DNA of 64,000 bases, from NCBI GenBank assembly GCA_030390025.1, contig CM059432.1, forward strand, positions 61,196,001 to 61,260,000, given 5' to 3'. Below are positions 62,363 through 64,000 of this stretch, piece by piece. The translations under genes were made by a program, and so were the position numbers. Position 1 is the first letter of the stretch. Each line of letters opens with the position of its first letter. The stretch comes from Squalus acanthias (taxonomy: Eukaryota). The notes below the pieces were generated by a model. The model did not search any database. It was not told the origin of the DNA and saw nothing but the letters and a program-made list of their open reading frames with translations.

Positions 62363-63391
62363 GATTTAAACTCAGATTTAAATCCATCATCTGCTTTGAA
62401 AGTGGACCTAATTACATTAATACTAAAACATGTTGTGAATTATGGGTGACTAGACTTTTGACATTTAAGTCTTTTGGACATTTCCCAGTATTTTTATAGA
62501 GCTACATCTAAGCCTACTTATATTATGTATGTACTCTCGGATGTCTGCAGTAGAGTTTGGCTACAAATAAGGAAAATTAGTATTCCACTATACATCTGCT
62601 CTATAGATTCAATACGTTATGCAAGAGGCTAAGGAACAGGTAAATGAAATAGAAACTGTAGAAAGGAACTCAATTTAGGGAAATGAAGGAGGATGGAAAT
62701 CATCCACAAGTTATAATCCCTGCCATTGCATCCATATAGCAGACACTGCTAAATTTGATCTATGTTTGATATCATTAACATTGAAACTATGGGACAATGT
62801 CCTTAGAATGCTGGAAAGATGGTTAAGGAGATCTGTGCCTGTATCGAGGTCTCAATTAAACACTCAGGCCTCCTAGGGGGCACATTTCTCTAGAAACACC
62901 TAGTTTGACTGTGCGATGAAGATACAAGTGCAGAGGTGAGGAGAAGCCTTTACCACACTACACAATCAAAGAGCATGTTTGAAGTTATCTGTGGACATTG
63001 ATTTTAATAGTTCTGACCAGGTATTGCATTAATCTAGAGATAAATGGGCTGGGGCAGGAGAGAAAATTGGGGCTGGAATTAAAATTATAGACTTGACAGG
63101 TATAAATATTTTATATATCCATCATATTTTTAAGATTGGTAGCTCCTGTTAACTTTCCATTGAAAAGTTCTATGTCAACAGTCCCGATGGGGTTTTCAAT
63201 GTAATTTTATCCACACCTATGTTGTTACATCGAGTGATGCCTGCCCTGTCATGCTTTTCTCTCTGATGCTGGAATACTTTAAGAACTGTTTTCAGTCCAC
63301 ACGCAGTTGCAGGCTTTGGCCACCAAGTGTTACTGTAGAGCATTCTTTGTTTTGTCAAGGTTAATTGTAACCTCCACCTTGGTTTTCTATA

Positions 63392-64000
63392 GTGCGAAGT
63401 CGCACAACACCAGGTTATAGTCCAACAGTTTTATTTGAAATCACAAGCTTTTGGAGCTGCTGCCCCTTCGTCAGGTGAAGTGAAGGAATACGAATCAGCA
63501 AAGCATATATAGACAGAGAACCATGCCTGTGTAGCGTACAATGTCAGACGACTAGTTAATCTTTCTGACTGCCTTTTATCACACCTCGGCAGAGAAATAA
63601 TCAGGGTCAGTCAGGAAGGCATTATATCAAAGACATAGCAAGATACAACTAAGACAATGAGGTGGGGTCACAGGGGGTCTAATGTGTCAAATGCAGTCTG
63701 TATGGAAAACCATAAACTTTAAAATTTTTACTTTTATTTTTACTGGAAATCACATCTGTGAACAAGCCAACGACGACTCAAGTCTGGATGACTCTACGTC
63801 ATGTAGCGTGACATGAACCCAAGATCCCGGTTGAGGCCGTCCTCATGGGTGCGGAACTTGGCCAAGTTCCGCACCCATGAGGACGGCCTCAACCGGGATC
63901 TTAGGTTCATGTCACGCTACATGACGTAGAGTCATCCAGACTTGAGTCGTCGTTGGCTTGTTCACAGATGTGATTTCCAGTAAAAAAAAGTAAAAATTTT
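63392..64000. mobile_element. Penelope P2 head-to-head palindromic insertion, running off the window
   Basis: Minus copy 63392-63861; plus copy from 63862 with (A)KFRTHEDGLNRDLRFMSRYMT*. Hammerhead at 63441-63478 (-) with GAAA mutated to AAAA. Confidence 0.9.

Overview
Eukaryotic, repeat-dense DNA. The repeat inventory (CR1 and L2 LINEs, HE1-type V-SINE, SacSINE1-type Deu-SINE, Penelope-like elements) points to a cartilaginous fish; this is an inference. The only host coding sequence I can support is one 142-nt minus-strand exon (51381-51522) of a NOL4-family gene (NOL4L or NOL4). The rest appears intronic and holds nested transposons: several CR1 subfamilies, L2, a LINE with a tRNA-derived head, two Penelope-like (PLE) families, PIF/Harbinger transposase fossils and MITEs, and a Tigger-like element carrying a 44-bp minisatellite. 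Most notable: (1) PLE insertions with 12-15 bp TSDs and minimal hammerhead ribozymes showing covariation, including ~200-bp protein-free near-perfect hairpins, a spacer-less palindrome at the window end and a 7.4-kb head-to-head composite; (2) a LINE lacking a visible ORF1 whose 5' end is a tRNA/SINE head, seen in two copies of different age; (3) two different MITEs at the same homologous nucleotide of two CR1 copies. Coordinates were read by eye and family names come from recall, not database searches.
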